This document shows positions 7,983-18,265 of a DNA stretch of 64,000 nucleotides, in pieces. Position 1 is the stretch's first letter. Each line of letters begins with the position of its first letter. Source of the stretch: a virus; the IMG/VR virus record IMGVR_UViG_3300005253_002057, positions 24,158 through 88,157 of that record; one strand, 5' to 3'. The position numbers and the translations under genes were made by a program. The notes under the pieces were generated by a model. That model searched no databases and was not told where the DNA came from. It saw only the letters and a list, made by a program, of their open reading frames with translations.

Positions 7983-10712
7983 ATGGCAAAAGCACAATGG
8001 GCTAGGCTAGATAAATCTTGGGCTTCTAGACTTGAGTTTTATGATCTTGATAAGCGAGATCAGAAAAAGCTTGCTGGAAAGCGTAAGCATCCTTTAGCTA
8101 AGTGTGAAGAATGTCCTCTTGAAAGAAAGGTATGTGTTCCTGGCTTTGGCACAAGAAAAGCACAGATAGTTTGGTGTGGTGAGTCTCCAGGGGCGCAAGA
8201 GTTATGGGCTAGGGAGCCTTATATAGGGCCTGCTGGAAAGCTACTAAAAGAAATACTCAAAGAGGAATCAATACCTATAGAGGACTGCTGGTTTACTAAC
8301 TCCACTCTTTGCTTAATGAGCGAAGATGAAGAATGGGCTGAGAAAGAAATACAAGCATGCTCAGATAGATTATTTGATGAGATAGCAGAAGTCAATCCTA
8401 AGTTGGTAGTTGCTTTAGGAGCAGATGCTTTCTACTCCCTTACTGGATTTGATGAAAAGATAACTTTAGTATCAGGTACTATGTTCAAAACAAAGGATGG
8501 AAAGTACGATGTACTACCTATAATCCATCCTGCTTATGTTCTTCATAATGAGGGAGAAGTGTCTAATTTTAGGCACTATGTACGTCAGGTATTTAGATTA
8601 GTTTATGCTCCCAGTCTTACCTCTAGACTTAAAGATCCAAATACTACATTAGTATTAGATGAAGATTGGGAAGATGCTTGTAACTTAGTTCATAAGAAGG
8701 CTAGTAAGACTGGGAAATTACTTATAGATATAGAGTCCACTGCCTATGATCCTTTAAGAGAGAATTTACTTATTGTAGGTGTTTCTCCTGATGGAATTAA
8801 CTCCTATCTTTTTCCTACTGCAGAATTTGATGAAGACGGAGAATGGTTAAGACCTATAGAGGAAAATGTTCCTGAAGAAAGTATTAAATTTAAGCAACTT
8901 AATAAGTTAATTTCTGAAAGAGAAGCCTTTGAGAGAGAAGGGCATAATGTAGACTTTGACCAGAAATGGTTGAAGAGTAGAGGCTTTGATGTATACTTTA
9001 CTAGAGATACTTTTCTTGCTGACTATACAATGCATGAACAAGCTGGAGGTCATGGACTTAAGTCATTAATAAATTATCACTTTGGAAATGATGACTGGGA
9101 GAAAACTCTAAAGAAGGGACTAGGAAAGATAAAGAACTACGCTGATATTCCAGTTATTTCAATGAACGAGTATGCTGGTAAAGATGTTGCTTGGAACTGG
9201 TCTCTAGGCGAGAGTCAGCGTAATGAGTTAATGACTGATGATGATAAGTTTGTACACGATGAGATACTCATAAAGTGTATGCACACATTCTCAGCTACTA
9301 CTTTAAGAGGCTATAAAGTAGATCTAAAGAAGTCTCTTGAGTTAGTAGAAGAGCTTACTGATAAACTGGATTATCATGCCTCCACTCTTAGGGATCTAGT
9401 TGAGGATACTAGCTTTAATCCCGGCTCCAGTATTAAGGTTTCTGCCTATCTATATGATGAGCTAGGGCTACCTACTATCCTTGGAAGAAACTCTCAGGCA
9501 AAAACTCTTAGGGCTGTACAATCTTATTGTATTGATAGAGTTACTAATGGGAATGATACAGACGGAACTCTTGCTCACGCTTTAGAGTTTATAGATTCTA
9601 AGTTGGAGTATGCTTCCCTTGCGAAAGAAGTAGGAACTTATGTAGTAGGAATAGTTAGAAAGCTAGGACCAGACTTAAGACTACATCCTAGAGTACGTTT
9701 AAGTGGGGCTGTTACTGGCCGTATTGCTATGGATGAGCCCTCTTTACTTAACTTCTTAAAGGGCTCAAGAGTTAGAGAGCAAATAGTTCCAGATAATGAT
9801 GAGTGGCTAATAGCTGAGGCTGATGCTAAACAGTTTGAGCTCCGCTACTATGCCGATTACATAAAAGATGAAACCTTAACTAAAGGATTGGCCAATCCAG
9901 ACTATGATCCTCATGATGAAGCTACTACTTTAATATTCAAGCAAGTAATAGAATTATGCAGAATTATAGCACGGGCTGAAGTTAAGGAGGTAGCTGAGAG
10001 AGCGTACGAGGACCTTAAGTTATTAGGTACTAAAACTGGTAGTTATCTTACTGAAGAAGCCAGAAGAGCAGTATTTTATTCAAAGCTCCCAGATAATATA
10101 TCAGCAATTCCTTTTGAACAAATAACGAAAGCCTTTTCTGACTGCTGTGATATATACAGAAGAATTGCAAAGACAGTAGTATTTGGACTTCTTTATAATA
10201 GAGGGGCTCAAGCTATAGCCAGGGCATTTAGAATTACATATGCTGATGCTTTATTATGGATAGAAGCTATAAAAGGTCCTTGGGAGGGAGTTCCTAGATA
10301 TGAGGACTATGTAAGAAAGTGTCTGGATGAAGATGGAAGAATAACTTCTCAGTTTAGACGTTGGCGTAGAGCCCCTTCAGTTAATGATACTAACTGGCAT
10401 GAATGGTTTAATGCTTTCATTAACTTTCCAATACAGTCTGCTTGCAATGATATAAATATGTTGAATATGAACTTGCTGTATAATAGGGAAGAGGAACTGG
10501 GAATCAAGGTAATGTGGCCTATTCATGACTCACAGATATTTCAAGTTAGAAAAGATGGATATAAAGAAAGATTAGCCTTTATTCAGACTTTACTAGAGGA
10601 AAATATACAAAAACTGGTAGGGGCAAAAGAAGTTAAGTTTGCAGTAGAGACAAAAGTGGGCCCTGACTGGTACAATGTTAAAGACGTATCAAAGTTTGAG
10701 CTGGTAGCCTAA
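7983..10712 (+). CDS. polA: family A DNA polymerase with N-terminal family-4 uracil-DNA glycosylase and 3'-5' exonuclease (SPO1-like architecture)
   Basis: UDG: CEECPL, GESPG, HPAY; exo: DIES, HNVDFD, YAGKD; pol: DAKQFELR, RRIAKTVVFGLLY, NFPIQS, IHDS. Confidence 0.93.
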   Translation: MAKAQWARLDKSWASRLEFYDLDKRDQKKLAGKRKHPLAKCEECPLERKVCVPGFGTRKAQIVWCGESPGAQELWAREPYIGPAGKLLKEILKEESIPIEDCWFTNSTLCLMSEDEEWAEKEIQACSDRLFDEIAEVNPKLVVALGADAFYSLTGFDEKITLVSGTMFKTKDGKYDVLPIIHPAYVLHNEGEVSNFRHYVRQVFRLVYAPSLTSRLKDPNTTLVLDEDWEDACNLVHKKASKTGKLLIDIESTAYDPLRENLLIVGVSPDGINSYLFPTAEFDEDGEWLRPIEENVPEESIKFKQLNKLISEREAFEREGHNVDFDQKWLKSRGFDVYFTRDTFLADYTMHEQAGGHGLKSLINYHFGNDDWEKTLKKGLGKIKNYADIPVISMNEYAGKDVAWNWSLGESQRNELMTDDDKFVHDEILIKCMHTFSATTLRGYKVDLKKSLELVEELTDKLDYHASTLRDLVEDTSFNPGSSIKVSAYLYDELGLPTILGRNSQAKTLRAVQSYCIDRVTNGNDTDGTLAHALEFIDSKLEYASLAKEVGTYVVGIVRKLGPDLRLHPRVRLSGAVTGRIAMDEPSLLNFLKGSRVREQIVPDNDEWLIAEADAKQFELRYYADYIKDETLTKGLANPDYDPHDEATTLIFKQVIELCRIIARAEVKEVAERAYEDLKLLGTKTGSYLTEEARRAVFYSKLPDNISAIPFEQITKAFSDCCDIYRRIAKTVVFGLLYNRGAQAIARAFRITYADALLWIEAIKGPWEGVPRYEDYVRKCLDEDGRITSQFRRWRRAPSVNDTNWHEWFNAFINFPIQSACNDINMLNMNLLYNREEELGIKVMWPIHDSQIFQVRKDGYKERLAFIQTLLEENIQKLVGAKEVKFAVETKVGPDWYNVKDVSKFELVA

Positions 10713-10733
10713 AGATCATAATTCATTAATTTT

Positions 10734-10774
10734 TAATGACCAAGGTTTACCATTGTCGCAGTTTCTCATATAAT
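10734..10774 (+). promoter_or_regulatory. promoter of capsid gene with conserved upstream box
   Basis: TTTACC(10746-51)-17 bp-TATAAT(10769-74); TAATGACCAAGGTTTA(10734-49) is repeated exactly at 20732-47. Confidence 0.65.
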
Positions 10775-10832
10775 CAGGGTGAGTTTAAGTGTGCAAGACA
10801 CTAATCTGGCTCAGAAAGTGAGGAACAGAACT

Positions 10833-11039
10833 ATGGAGATGGTAGGAGCGCTGATTGGCGTAGTTATAGCGATGGTAGTGGGAGTAGCCTTGCTTCCAGT
10901 CATTGTGAACACTATAGCCACCCTTAATACCGAGACCACAGATGCCTCGGTAATTTCCTTGGCGGGACTTCTTCCTATAATCCTGATTGCGATCGTGATT
11001 ATGGGAGCTGTGGCTTTCGTCGCCGGCGGTCTGGGCTAG
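10833..11039 (+). CDS. putative major capsid protein, spindle-shaped virus (fusellovirus VP1-like) two-helix type
   Basis: ALIGVVIAMVVGVALLPVIVNTIATL-loop-LAGLLPIILIAIVIMGAV; own promoter, GAGG RBS, more G/C-ending codons, structured 3' region. Confidence 0.75.
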   Translation: MEMVGALIGVVIAMVVGVALLPVIVNTIATLNTETTDASVISLAGLLPIILIAIVIMGAVAFVAGGLG

Positions 11040-11177
11040 TAGCTGTTACGAGAATTTTCTAGCCCAGACGATAATTAGTGAGTACGGTGCTACTAGCTAC
11101 GCCTAGCGTATCGGGGTACTTAATGGTGGTGATGCTTTACAAGCATCTAATGGATAGCGAGCCCACCAGCTAGTTAT
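11029..11177 (+). ncRNA. candidate structured RNA / 3' UTR downstream of the capsid gene
   Basis: 11-bp IR 11029-39/11059-69 plus nested stems (see findings). Confidence 0.45.
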
Positions 11178-11201
11178 GAATATGTCTTACAGGTTTTCCC
11201 T

Positions 11202-11426
11202 ATGTCAATAAGAATGTCTGCTAGAGGAAGTGCTTGGATAGAAAAGCAGCTTCTTCGAGAAGGACCAGGAACAGTTCCAGAACTGGTCGCTGCATTTATA
11301 GTCACCTCCAAGAATCCTATAGATTCTGTTGAAGATATACAGGTTGAGCTAACTGCGCTTGACCCTGACTTGGTTGAACGTTCCTTTATAGCCCTGTCAC
11401 AGCAGGGAATGGTACAGGTGACTTAG
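11202..11426 (+). CDS. small permuted winged-helix-like protein
   Basis: N-term IRMSARG, C-term VERSFIALSQQGMVQV. Confidence 0.55.
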   Translation: MSIRMSARGSAWIEKQLLREGPGTVPELVAAFIVTSKNPIDSVEDIQVELTALDPDLVERSFIALSQQGMVQVT

Positions 11427-11427
11427 C

Positions 11428-14340
11428 ATGTTTAATATTGAAGAAGAACAAGAAGAAGAAAAAATCTGGGTTCTTAGTAAGAGATCTGATCAGAGAAAGA
11501 AAGACAAAAAGGCAAGTAAAGCTGCAGTAAGGGCTAGAAGAGGCGAAAGAAGAGAAAAGAGACTAAGTCTTAAGAAGGAGAAGAAGAAGAAAAAGTCTAC
11601 TGCTATTCAAAGGCTTAGGGGTAAAGGGCCAAAGATAAGTTCCACTCAGATAGTAGCTGAGAAAGCCTCTACTAGGGCTACTGCTCCTCCTTCTCCTGCT
11701 ACAGCTAGTGCTAGGCCTAAGCGAGGTGTAGTAGCAAGGGAGACACAGGCTCAGTTTAAGGCTTTTCAGGCACGAGAACAATTAAAAGCGGCCCCAGCTC
11801 TTTTAGCTGCTTTTAATAAAAAGGTTGCGGACCAGAGGGCAGCTTCAGCTAAGAAGCGAGAACAAGCAGCTAAGAAGCAAGCACAAGCAGCCCTAGTAGT
11901 TAAACTTCGAGATCAAAAGAGAATAGATGATAAGAAGGCTAGAAGTACTAGGTTTACGGCTCCAGCCATTACTGGCTCTACAACCTTTGAAGACGACGCA
12001 CCTGATACTGGACCCGCTTTTGCTAGAGCAGCTACCGCTAAAAGAGGAAAAGTCGCAGGATTGGCTTCACTAAGTCTTGCTGCTGCTACTAGTACACTAG
12101 CTACAACTAGGCCAACCACTGTAGCACCTAGAGATTTTAGGGATGTAAAACCTAGAGTTACTAGACCACCAGAGACTGAACGTTTTAGAGATGAAAAGGG
12201 ACAAACAGTAATAGACTTTGCTATATCCAGATCACTAGGTAGATTTACTAAACCTAGGCCACGATCTATTACAAGAGTTGCTAGTAAAGGAGTTGTTAGT
12301 AAAGGAGTTGTTAGTACAGGAGAAAAAATAAGGAGAAGAGCTGTAGCTATATTCAGACCTAGTGACGAAGGTAGAGGTAGACAAGATCTAGGTACTGGTA
12401 GAGGGACTAGGTTCTTTACCAAGAGAGCTATTGATCTACGGCCTGATTTTGAAGAAAGCGGACTTAGCCCAAGGCAAGGAAGATTTGTGGCCCGAGGACT
12501 AGGAGAAGCAACTAAAAGGGCAAAAGAAGTAGCCCTTACAACTCGCAGAGTTGGAACCACTTCAGAGGATATTAGACAAATTAGACTACGTGTAGGAAGG
12601 ACTCTTGGAAAAGCAACAGAAATAACTGATGCTAACCGAGCAGCAATAGAACGAGGGGAAATAGAATTTTTAACTCCTGTACCTAGCACTTTTAAGAGAG
12701 CACTAATAGCTGCTGAGGTTGGTAGCCTAATACTTCCTGGAGGTGTAGTTGCTAGGCCTGCAGGCTTTGTACTTAAAACAGTAGCAAGACCAGTAATAAG
12801 TTTTGCTGCTCCTAAAGTGGCTAGACTTGCTACACCTGTAGTTACTAGAACCACTGGTTTACTAGCTAGAGGATTGGCTAGGGAAAGAGTTATAACTGGG
12901 GGAGTAAGAAGTACTAGAGGACTGTTTCAGTCAGCAGCTCAGAGGGCAAGAGAGCTAGGTTCTTCTACCATAAGAGTAACATCCCCAGTAGCTACAAGAA
13001 CAGCAGCCGTAGCTTCAAGAACTACAGCTGCTGCAGGTAGAGCAGCCACTTTAGCAGCCAAGCCTGTTAGAGCAACTGGAGAAGGACTATTTAGTGTTGT
13101 TAGAGCTACACCTAGAGTAGCTAGAACAGCAGGACAAACTGTAAAAACTCTAGCAAGAGGGGCAGATGAGGGAGTAAGAATTAGTGCTAAAGCCTCTCGT
13201 CAGTTAGCCCAAACTGCCCAGCTTCAGGCTCTAGCAGCTAAACAAGGTGGTAGTGTAGTAAGAGTAGCTACTAGAAATCCATTTGCTGCATTTGGTAGAG
13301 GAGTAGCAGGCGCTACTAAGCTAGCTGCTAAGTCTACAGCAAGAAAAGCAGCCTCTCCAGGTAGACGTTTAGCTGCTCCAGCAGCTAAGGTAATTAAAGG
13401 AGCTAAAACAGGAGCAAGAGTTGGTACAAAGGTAGTTAAACCTGTAGCAAAGCCTGTATTACGAGGATCTGGTAGACTACTTAGAAGTCCAGTAGGCTTA
13501 GTAGCTGGGGGGCTAGGTGCAGTAGTAGGAGGAGGTTTAATACTACAAGGACTTAAAGGTGCTCCCCTTGCTCCAGCTCAGCAAGCCCCAGCCCCAGCTG
13601 CGCCAGCTGCTCCTCAAGATACTAGAAGACCCCAGAGACAGCAGCAACAGCAGGCTGCACAAGCTGTACAAGCTGCTCCAGCCCCAGCTAGAGGACCTGC
13701 TAGGGTTACTACAGTTACTCCTGTTACTGCGCCTAGTACAGTAGTAATAGATGAAGGGGCTACATCAGCCCCAAGTAGAACCCCTGTACCTATAACTACT
13801 ACTCCTGGTAAGATAGCTCAGACTATAGCGGTGCCTACTATAGGTCCTGATGGTCAACCTATTATAGACCCTATTACTGGGGAAGTAGTTACTACTGTAG
13901 TGGATATAGTAGATGTTCCTCTTGTTGAAGGTGAGCCTGATGTAAGTCCTTTACCTGCTATAGTCCCACTAGTAGCAGCTGCTGCAGGTATAGCAACTGG
14001 TCTTCTTTCAAGAGGCAGAGGTGGAGGAAGCTCTAGTCAATCATTCTTTGGTGGAAGTAGTTCTTTTATAGGGCCAACTATATTTAGAACAGCTGAGGGA
14101 CAGACTGGAATAAGAATAGTGAAGGATGGTAAAGGCACTATAACACTAGAAGTAGAGAGAGTTCCAGTTAAGAGATTTACCATTTTAGGTAGACCTTTAG
14201 TAAAGAGACCTACCAGAATCTTAGGAGCAGCAGTACAAAGTAAAGCAATAGCTTCTGCTGGTCAATCACTGCTCAATCCTCCAGTTGTAGGAAGTACAAC
14301 TGTACTGGCTAAAAGAGCTTTACAAGGAAGGCTTAGATAG
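11428..14340 (+). CDS. large, very basic Ala/Arg/Lys-rich low-complexity protein (possible virion core protein)
   Basis: 970-aa ORF between the two capsid-like genes; poly-K N-terminus, amphipathic A/R/K/T repeats, hydrophobic GLVAGGLGAVVGGGLIL, P/Q/A linker. Confidence 0.7.
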   Translation: MFNIEEEQEEEKIWVLSKRSDQRKKDKKASKAAVRARRGERREKRLSLKKEKKKKKSTAIQRLRGKGPKISSTQIVAEKASTRATAPPSPATASARPKRGVVARETQAQFKAFQAREQLKAAPALLAAFNKKVADQRAASAKKREQAAKKQAQAALVVKLRDQKRIDDKKARSTRFTAPAITGSTTFEDDAPDTGPAFARAATAKRGKVAGLASLSLAAATSTLATTRPTTVAPRDFRDVKPRVTRPPETERFRDEKGQTVIDFAISRSLGRFTKPRPRSITRVASKGVVSKGVVSTGEKIRRRAVAIFRPSDEGRGRQDLGTGRGTRFFTKRAIDLRPDFEESGLSPRQGRFVARGLGEATKRAKEVALTTRRVGTTSEDIRQIRLRVGRTLGKATEITDANRAAIERGEIEFLTPVPSTFKRALIAAEVGSLILPGGVVARPAGFVLKTVARPVISFAAPKVARLATPVVTRTTGLLARGLARERVITGGVRSTRGLFQSAAQRARELGSSTIRVTSPVATRTAAVASRTTAAAGRAATLAAKPVRATGEGLFSVVRATPRVARTAGQTVKTLARGADEGVRISAKASRQLAQTAQLQALAAKQGGSVVRVATRNPFAAFGRGVAGATKLAAKSTARKAASPGRRLAAPAAKVIKGAKTGARVGTKVVKPVAKPVLRGSGRLLRSPVGLVAGGLGAVVGGGLILQGLKGAPLAPAQQAPAPAAPAAPQDTRRPQRQQQQQAAQAVQAAPAPARGPARVTTVTPVTAPSTVVIDEGATSAPSRTPVPITTTPGKIAQTIAVPTIGPDGQPIIDPITGEVVTTVVDIVDVPLVEGEPDVSPLPAIVPLVAAAAGIATGLLSRGRGGGSSSQSFFGGSSSFIGPTIFRTAEGQTGIRIVKDGKGTITLEVERVPVKRFTILGRPLVKRPTRILGAAVQSKAIASAGQSLLNPPVVGSTTVLAKRALQGRLR

Positions 14341-14341
14341 A

Positions 14342-14563
14342 TTGGGAATTGTAAAAACCTTCGGAGCCTTTATAGGCACAGCCATAACACTAGTTTTGCT
14401 CTGGGAGTTTCTTCCAGTTATTCAGACTTTGTTTGATGGAGTTTCTGATAACTCAGTTCTGAGTGATAGGGAACTAGGGACTATAAGTCTACTACCTTTA
14501 ATAATAGTAATAATAATACTGCTGGGCTCTGCAGCTATAATAAGATCCAAACTAAAGAGATGA
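14342..14563 (+). CDS. minor capsid protein paralogue (VP3-like)
   Basis: FIGTAITLVLLWEFLPVIQTL...ISLLPLIIVIIILLGSA aligns by eye with 10833-11039 (LPVI and LLP motifs). Confidence 0.65.
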   Translation: MGIVKTFGAFIGTAITLVLLWEFLPVIQTLFDGVSDNSVLSDRELGTISLLPLIIVIIILLGSAAIIRSKLKR

Positions 14564-14676
14564 AAGTCCTTGCCTTGTTAAAAACTCATTATATAGGTCT
14601 AAGTAGCTCCTTCTCCATAGTTGGAGCTTTTATGATCTGGTGGGCCTCAAATGGTTGGGACTGTCCCTTAGGTTAA
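14560..14676 (+). CDS. small membrane peptide (38 aa, not in ORF track)
   Basis: ATGA coupling; MKVLALLKTHYIGLSSSFSIVGAFMIWWASNGWDCPLG. Confidence 0.45.
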   Translation: MKVLALLKTHYIGLSSSFSIVGAFMIWWASNGWDCPLG

Positions 14677-14687
14677 GGAGGAAATAT

Positions 14688-15770
14688 ATGCCTTACTCTC
14701 ATTCTTGGATAAAGCAGTTAGGACTTTCTATTGGGCTTGCTATAGTATTTATAGCAGGCTTTGTATATCTTACAGCCCCTCCCTGTGCCTTTGGAGCAGC
14801 TGAGTGTCCTGTAGGTTCAACTTCTGTATTCTCTGAGAATATAGGAATACAAGGTGGAACTACTTTTACTACAACTATAGATAGTACTCCTACAGGAGAT
14901 AGAACATATACTATACCTGCTACAGGAGCAAATGATACTTTTGCCCTACTTGGTACAAGTAATGTGTTTTCTGGTAGTGGGGCTCTACTAGATAAGTTTG
15001 TCAACTCTGGAGATGGTATAACTATTACAGTTGAGAATACTAATGGAACTCCAACTGGATTTAGTGTAGTAGATATAATTGGCCCTTCAAGCACCGCAAA
15101 CTATGAACTTCTTACTATATCTAATGATGGGGTAGATGAATCAGGAGATGTGCTTAAGATCACAGGTAATGGAGTCGTAGATGTTACCAGTGCTCAATTT
15201 AGCGTAAGTACCGCAGTAGGGGGATCTAGTGCTGGTGCAACTATAGCTATTCCAGCTAGTGGAACCGGAGATGCTGTAACCCTATTTAGTCAGGGCGCAG
15301 CAGATGGATCTGCTAATAATATGGGATATATAATGGGTTATGATGGTGGTGCAGGATATTTGAAGTTAGCAAGTACAGATACTGATGGAGCCTCTACTGA
15401 CGCAGATATCTGGAGAGTTCTAGATAGTCAGCTATCTATAGATGCTAACACTACTTGGGACGAGAATGTCTTTGACAGCTATAGAGATGCAGAACTATTA
15501 GCCGCTTCTATTAGTCCTTCAGCCCCTTCTTATCAGTTTGAAAATGGAAAAGTTTTAAGAGGAAGAGATGTTCTTATAGAAGTAGGTATTCTTAAGTCTT
15601 ATGATGATGAATTCGTAGGTTATAATGACCAGCGGATGGCAGCTTTGCTGGCAGGAGGCATATATCAATCAGCTGAACTTATAGAACGAAACATGGTGCT
15701 AATAGAAGAGTTAATAAATAAAGTAAATCTTTTAGAGAATGAGATCTGTGAACTTAAAGAAGCTTGTTAA
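14688..15770 (+). CDS. secreted/anchored beta-rich fibre-like virion protein with C-terminal coiled coil
   Basis: GGAGG RBS; N-terminal TM/signal; G/T/S/D-rich body; C-terminus LIEELINKVNLLENEICELK resembles fibre chaperone coils. Confidence 0.6.
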   Translation: MPYSHSWIKQLGLSIGLAIVFIAGFVYLTAPPCAFGAAECPVGSTSVFSENIGIQGGTTFTTTIDSTPTGDRTYTIPATGANDTFALLGTSNVFSGSGALLDKFVNSGDGITITVENTNGTPTGFSVVDIIGPSSTANYELLTISNDGVDESGDVLKITGNGVVDVTSAQFSVSTAVGGSSAGATIAIPASGTGDAVTLFSQGAADGSANNMGYIMGYDGGAGYLKLASTDTDGASTDADIWRVLDSQLSIDANTTWDENVFDSYRDAELLAASISPSAPSYQFENGKVLRGRDVLIEVGILKSYDDEFVGYNDQRMAALLAGGIYQSAELIERNMVLIEELINKVNLLENEICELKEAC

Positions 15771-18261
15771 CAAGCGATATCCTATTGCCTGGGCTATAGT
15801 ATTAGTTTTTGCTTTATTATTTATAAATGTCTTTGATTCTATAAGTAATAAAGCTTGTAAGACTTATGCTAATCACGTAGTAACTGACTTCTGTAGACAA
15901 ACTGACATATTTGTTACTAAGGTAAGTCCTGGAAATCTTAGTAACTATCCAGTAGCAGTTCCTATAGATCTTAGAGCCTATGTAGATGGAAATACTCTCT
16001 CTGAATTTGGCTGGGACATTCTTCCTGTACAAGGGGCTGAAGTTCCAGCTATGATACAAGATATAGACCCTGGAGATGTAGAGAGTATCTTTTGGATTCA
16101 GGGAGACTTATTAGGCAGTGAAGCCACTGTTACCTTTAATGTCTATACAGGTAATGCAGATTTTAAGCGAGATCAGGGAATTCTCTTACATCAAGCTTCT
16201 GGCGCCGACTCTTTATCAGTACTTGCCGATGCAGTCTTTAATATAACAGACAATATTGAAGTTATAGTACATGCAGATACTGATACACCAGATCAGAATG
16301 GAATTCTACTAGATAAGTTAAATGGAAATAATGGTTACCAGTTAGAAGTAACTACTACAGGAGCTGGTAGTATACTTGCCACAGTAGGGAGTGGTGCAGC
16401 TACTGATACTTTAGAAGTAGCTTGGACTGGTGATGAAACTATAAGAATGACCTTTGATGCAGGGGCTGTTAACGATTTAGATATATCATTTCTTAATGCT
16501 GCTGGAGTATGGGTATCTCAAGGAGATACAAATACAACCTTTGCTAGCTTAGGAACACATGGTAATGATCTTCTCATAGGCACTGGCTTTGATGGAGTTA
16601 TACAAGAAGTTGAAATAAGAGATGATGTAGGTTTAGGCTCCTATGCTAAAGTAGCCCAGTGGTCTTTTGATGCTAGAGATATAACTGAGACTCAAACTGG
16701 AACTGATGCAAATAGTTGGACTTATATAGGAACTGTAGAAGAACTTATATCAACGCACGACGCTACTTATACCTTAATAAATGACCAGTCAGGACTTAGC
16801 GTAGCTATAGGAACTGCTCCTTTAGTAAGTGGAGCCAGTTCGAGTATACAAGGAGTTGCTTTCGCACTCTCAGCCTTAGATTCTATAGCTGGACTAGCTG
16901 GGGCTACTAATGCAGTAGAAGCTTGGCAAAGAAATACTAATACATGGTATATAGGAGTAGTATACGATGTTGCTCCTTTTTTCTCAATACTAGAGTGGAA
17001 TGGAGATGCTCTATCAGTAAAGTCTACTGCTGGAGTAGGACTCATAACTGGACAAGGAAATGCTATATCTTCCTGGCCGTCTAGAACTGTAGTAAGTGAT
17101 AGAATTATAGCAATAGGGCATAACACAGCGCCCTTTCTAACATTATTAAGATGGGATGACAGTGCTCAAGCTATAATAGGGGAAGATACTCCAGCTTTAG
17201 CCCCTCAGGGTAATACTTTAGATCTTGTCCACTGGACTAATCCTAGAGTGAGCACTGTAACAATAGCTGTAGCCAACGTAGTTGATGTAGAATTTTACTC
17301 CTATTCAGAACGAGAATCCAATCTTAGCTTTAAAGGAAGTCCTACAATACCTATCCCAGAGCTAACTGCAATTACTTCTATATCCATACCTCAGGAATTT
17401 AGAAAGAGAACAGTAAATACTAATTTAGATGTAGAGGACACAAGCGTATTTATAACTCAAGCCCAGGCTTTTGGTGCTGATGTTCTTAGTTGGTTATGGA
17501 TAGATAGCTCTAACGCTGACGAAGATGTAGCAGATGACGACTTTAGCCTTACTGATGACACTACTGATATAATAGTCTGGAATGATCGAGAGGGTGATGC
17601 TTCTGAGCACTTAATACTTATTGCTTATTCTTCAGGCAGTGAGTTAAGAGTACTAAGAACTAGTCATGAAAAAGGTAGTATATTATCTCAAGCCACTATA
17701 AACTCTGCTGGAACTAGTACAGCGGTAGATAGCTGGAGTACAGAAGTTGTGGCTAGCAGACTAATTGCCTCTACTTATATTACTACAGCTAGAGTAGACT
17801 TACTAACATGGAATGAGCAAGCTTTAGGAACAGTAGCTACCTTAGGTTTAGCCACCTCTCCAACTCATCTTACTTCTTGGAAAGAACCTGCAGACACTGT
17901 AGTAGCTGCAGTAGAAAGTCAAATATTAGCCATAAGCTGTGGCTCATGTAATGGAGTGTCTATAGTAAGAGCTTCAGTATCACTGGAGGAAATAATAGTA
18001 AGAGAAGAAGGGCTAGACTTTATAGAAACCTTTGCAGCTCAAGTAGGTTTAGACTCAGTGGCTGCAGCTGGTATAGTAATACTCCTTTCTTTTGTAGGTA
18101 TATATATAATAGAAGGAAATCTAATAGGTTCAGGGCTAGTTACGTCTGGCCTGCTAATATACTTTTTAGTAACAGGACTTATAGGTTTCTGGGTTGCTAT
18201 ACCTATAGTATTTCTAGGACTATTTGCACTGTATAGTAGATATAGAGGAGCCTGGGAATAG
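15739..18261 (+). CDS. membrane-anchored surface/spike protein (LamG-like plus beta-repeat region)
   Basis: N-terminal signal; LLIGTGFDGVIQEVEI LamG-like strand; three C-terminal TM helices. Confidence 0.65.
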   Translation: MRSVNLKKLVNKRYPIAWAIVLVFALLFINVFDSISNKACKTYANHVVTDFCRQTDIFVTKVSPGNLSNYPVAVPIDLRAYVDGNTLSEFGWDILPVQGAEVPAMIQDIDPGDVESIFWIQGDLLGSEATVTFNVYTGNADFKRDQGILLHQASGADSLSVLADAVFNITDNIEVIVHADTDTPDQNGILLDKLNGNNGYQLEVTTTGAGSILATVGSGAATDTLEVAWTGDETIRMTFDAGAVNDLDISFLNAAGVWVSQGDTNTTFASLGTHGNDLLIGTGFDGVIQEVEIRDDVGLGSYAKVAQWSFDARDITETQTGTDANSWTYIGTVEELISTHDATYTLINDQSGLSVAIGTAPLVSGASSSIQGVAFALSALDSIAGLAGATNAVEAWQRNTNTWYIGVVYDVAPFFSILEWNGDALSVKSTAGVGLITGQGNAISSWPSRTVVSDRIIAIGHNTAPFLTLLRWDDSAQAIIGEDTPALAPQGNTLDLVHWTNPRVSTVTIAVANVVDVEFYSYSERESNLSFKGSPTIPIPELTAITSISIPQEFRKRTVNTNLDVEDTSVFITQAQAFGADVLSWLWIDSSNADEDVADDDFSLTDDTTDIIVWNDREGDASEHLILIAYSSGSELRVLRTSHEKGSILSQATINSAGTSTAVDSWSTEVVASRLIASTYITTARVDLLTWNEQALGTVATLGLATSPTHLTSWKEPADTVVAAVESQILAISCGSCNGVSIVRASVSLEEIIVREEGLDFIETFAAQVGLDSVAAAGIVILLSFVGIYIIEGNLIGSGLVTSGLLIYFLVTGLIGFWVAIPIVFLGLFALYSRYRGAWE

Positions 18262-18265
18262 TAAT

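Noticed and set aside
10833-11039. Capsid candidate as holin, pilin or inovirus pVIII
   Set aside because: No endolysin or class III signal; two long hydrophobic helices plus a paralogue fit spindle-virus capsid proteins better, though this is not formally excluded
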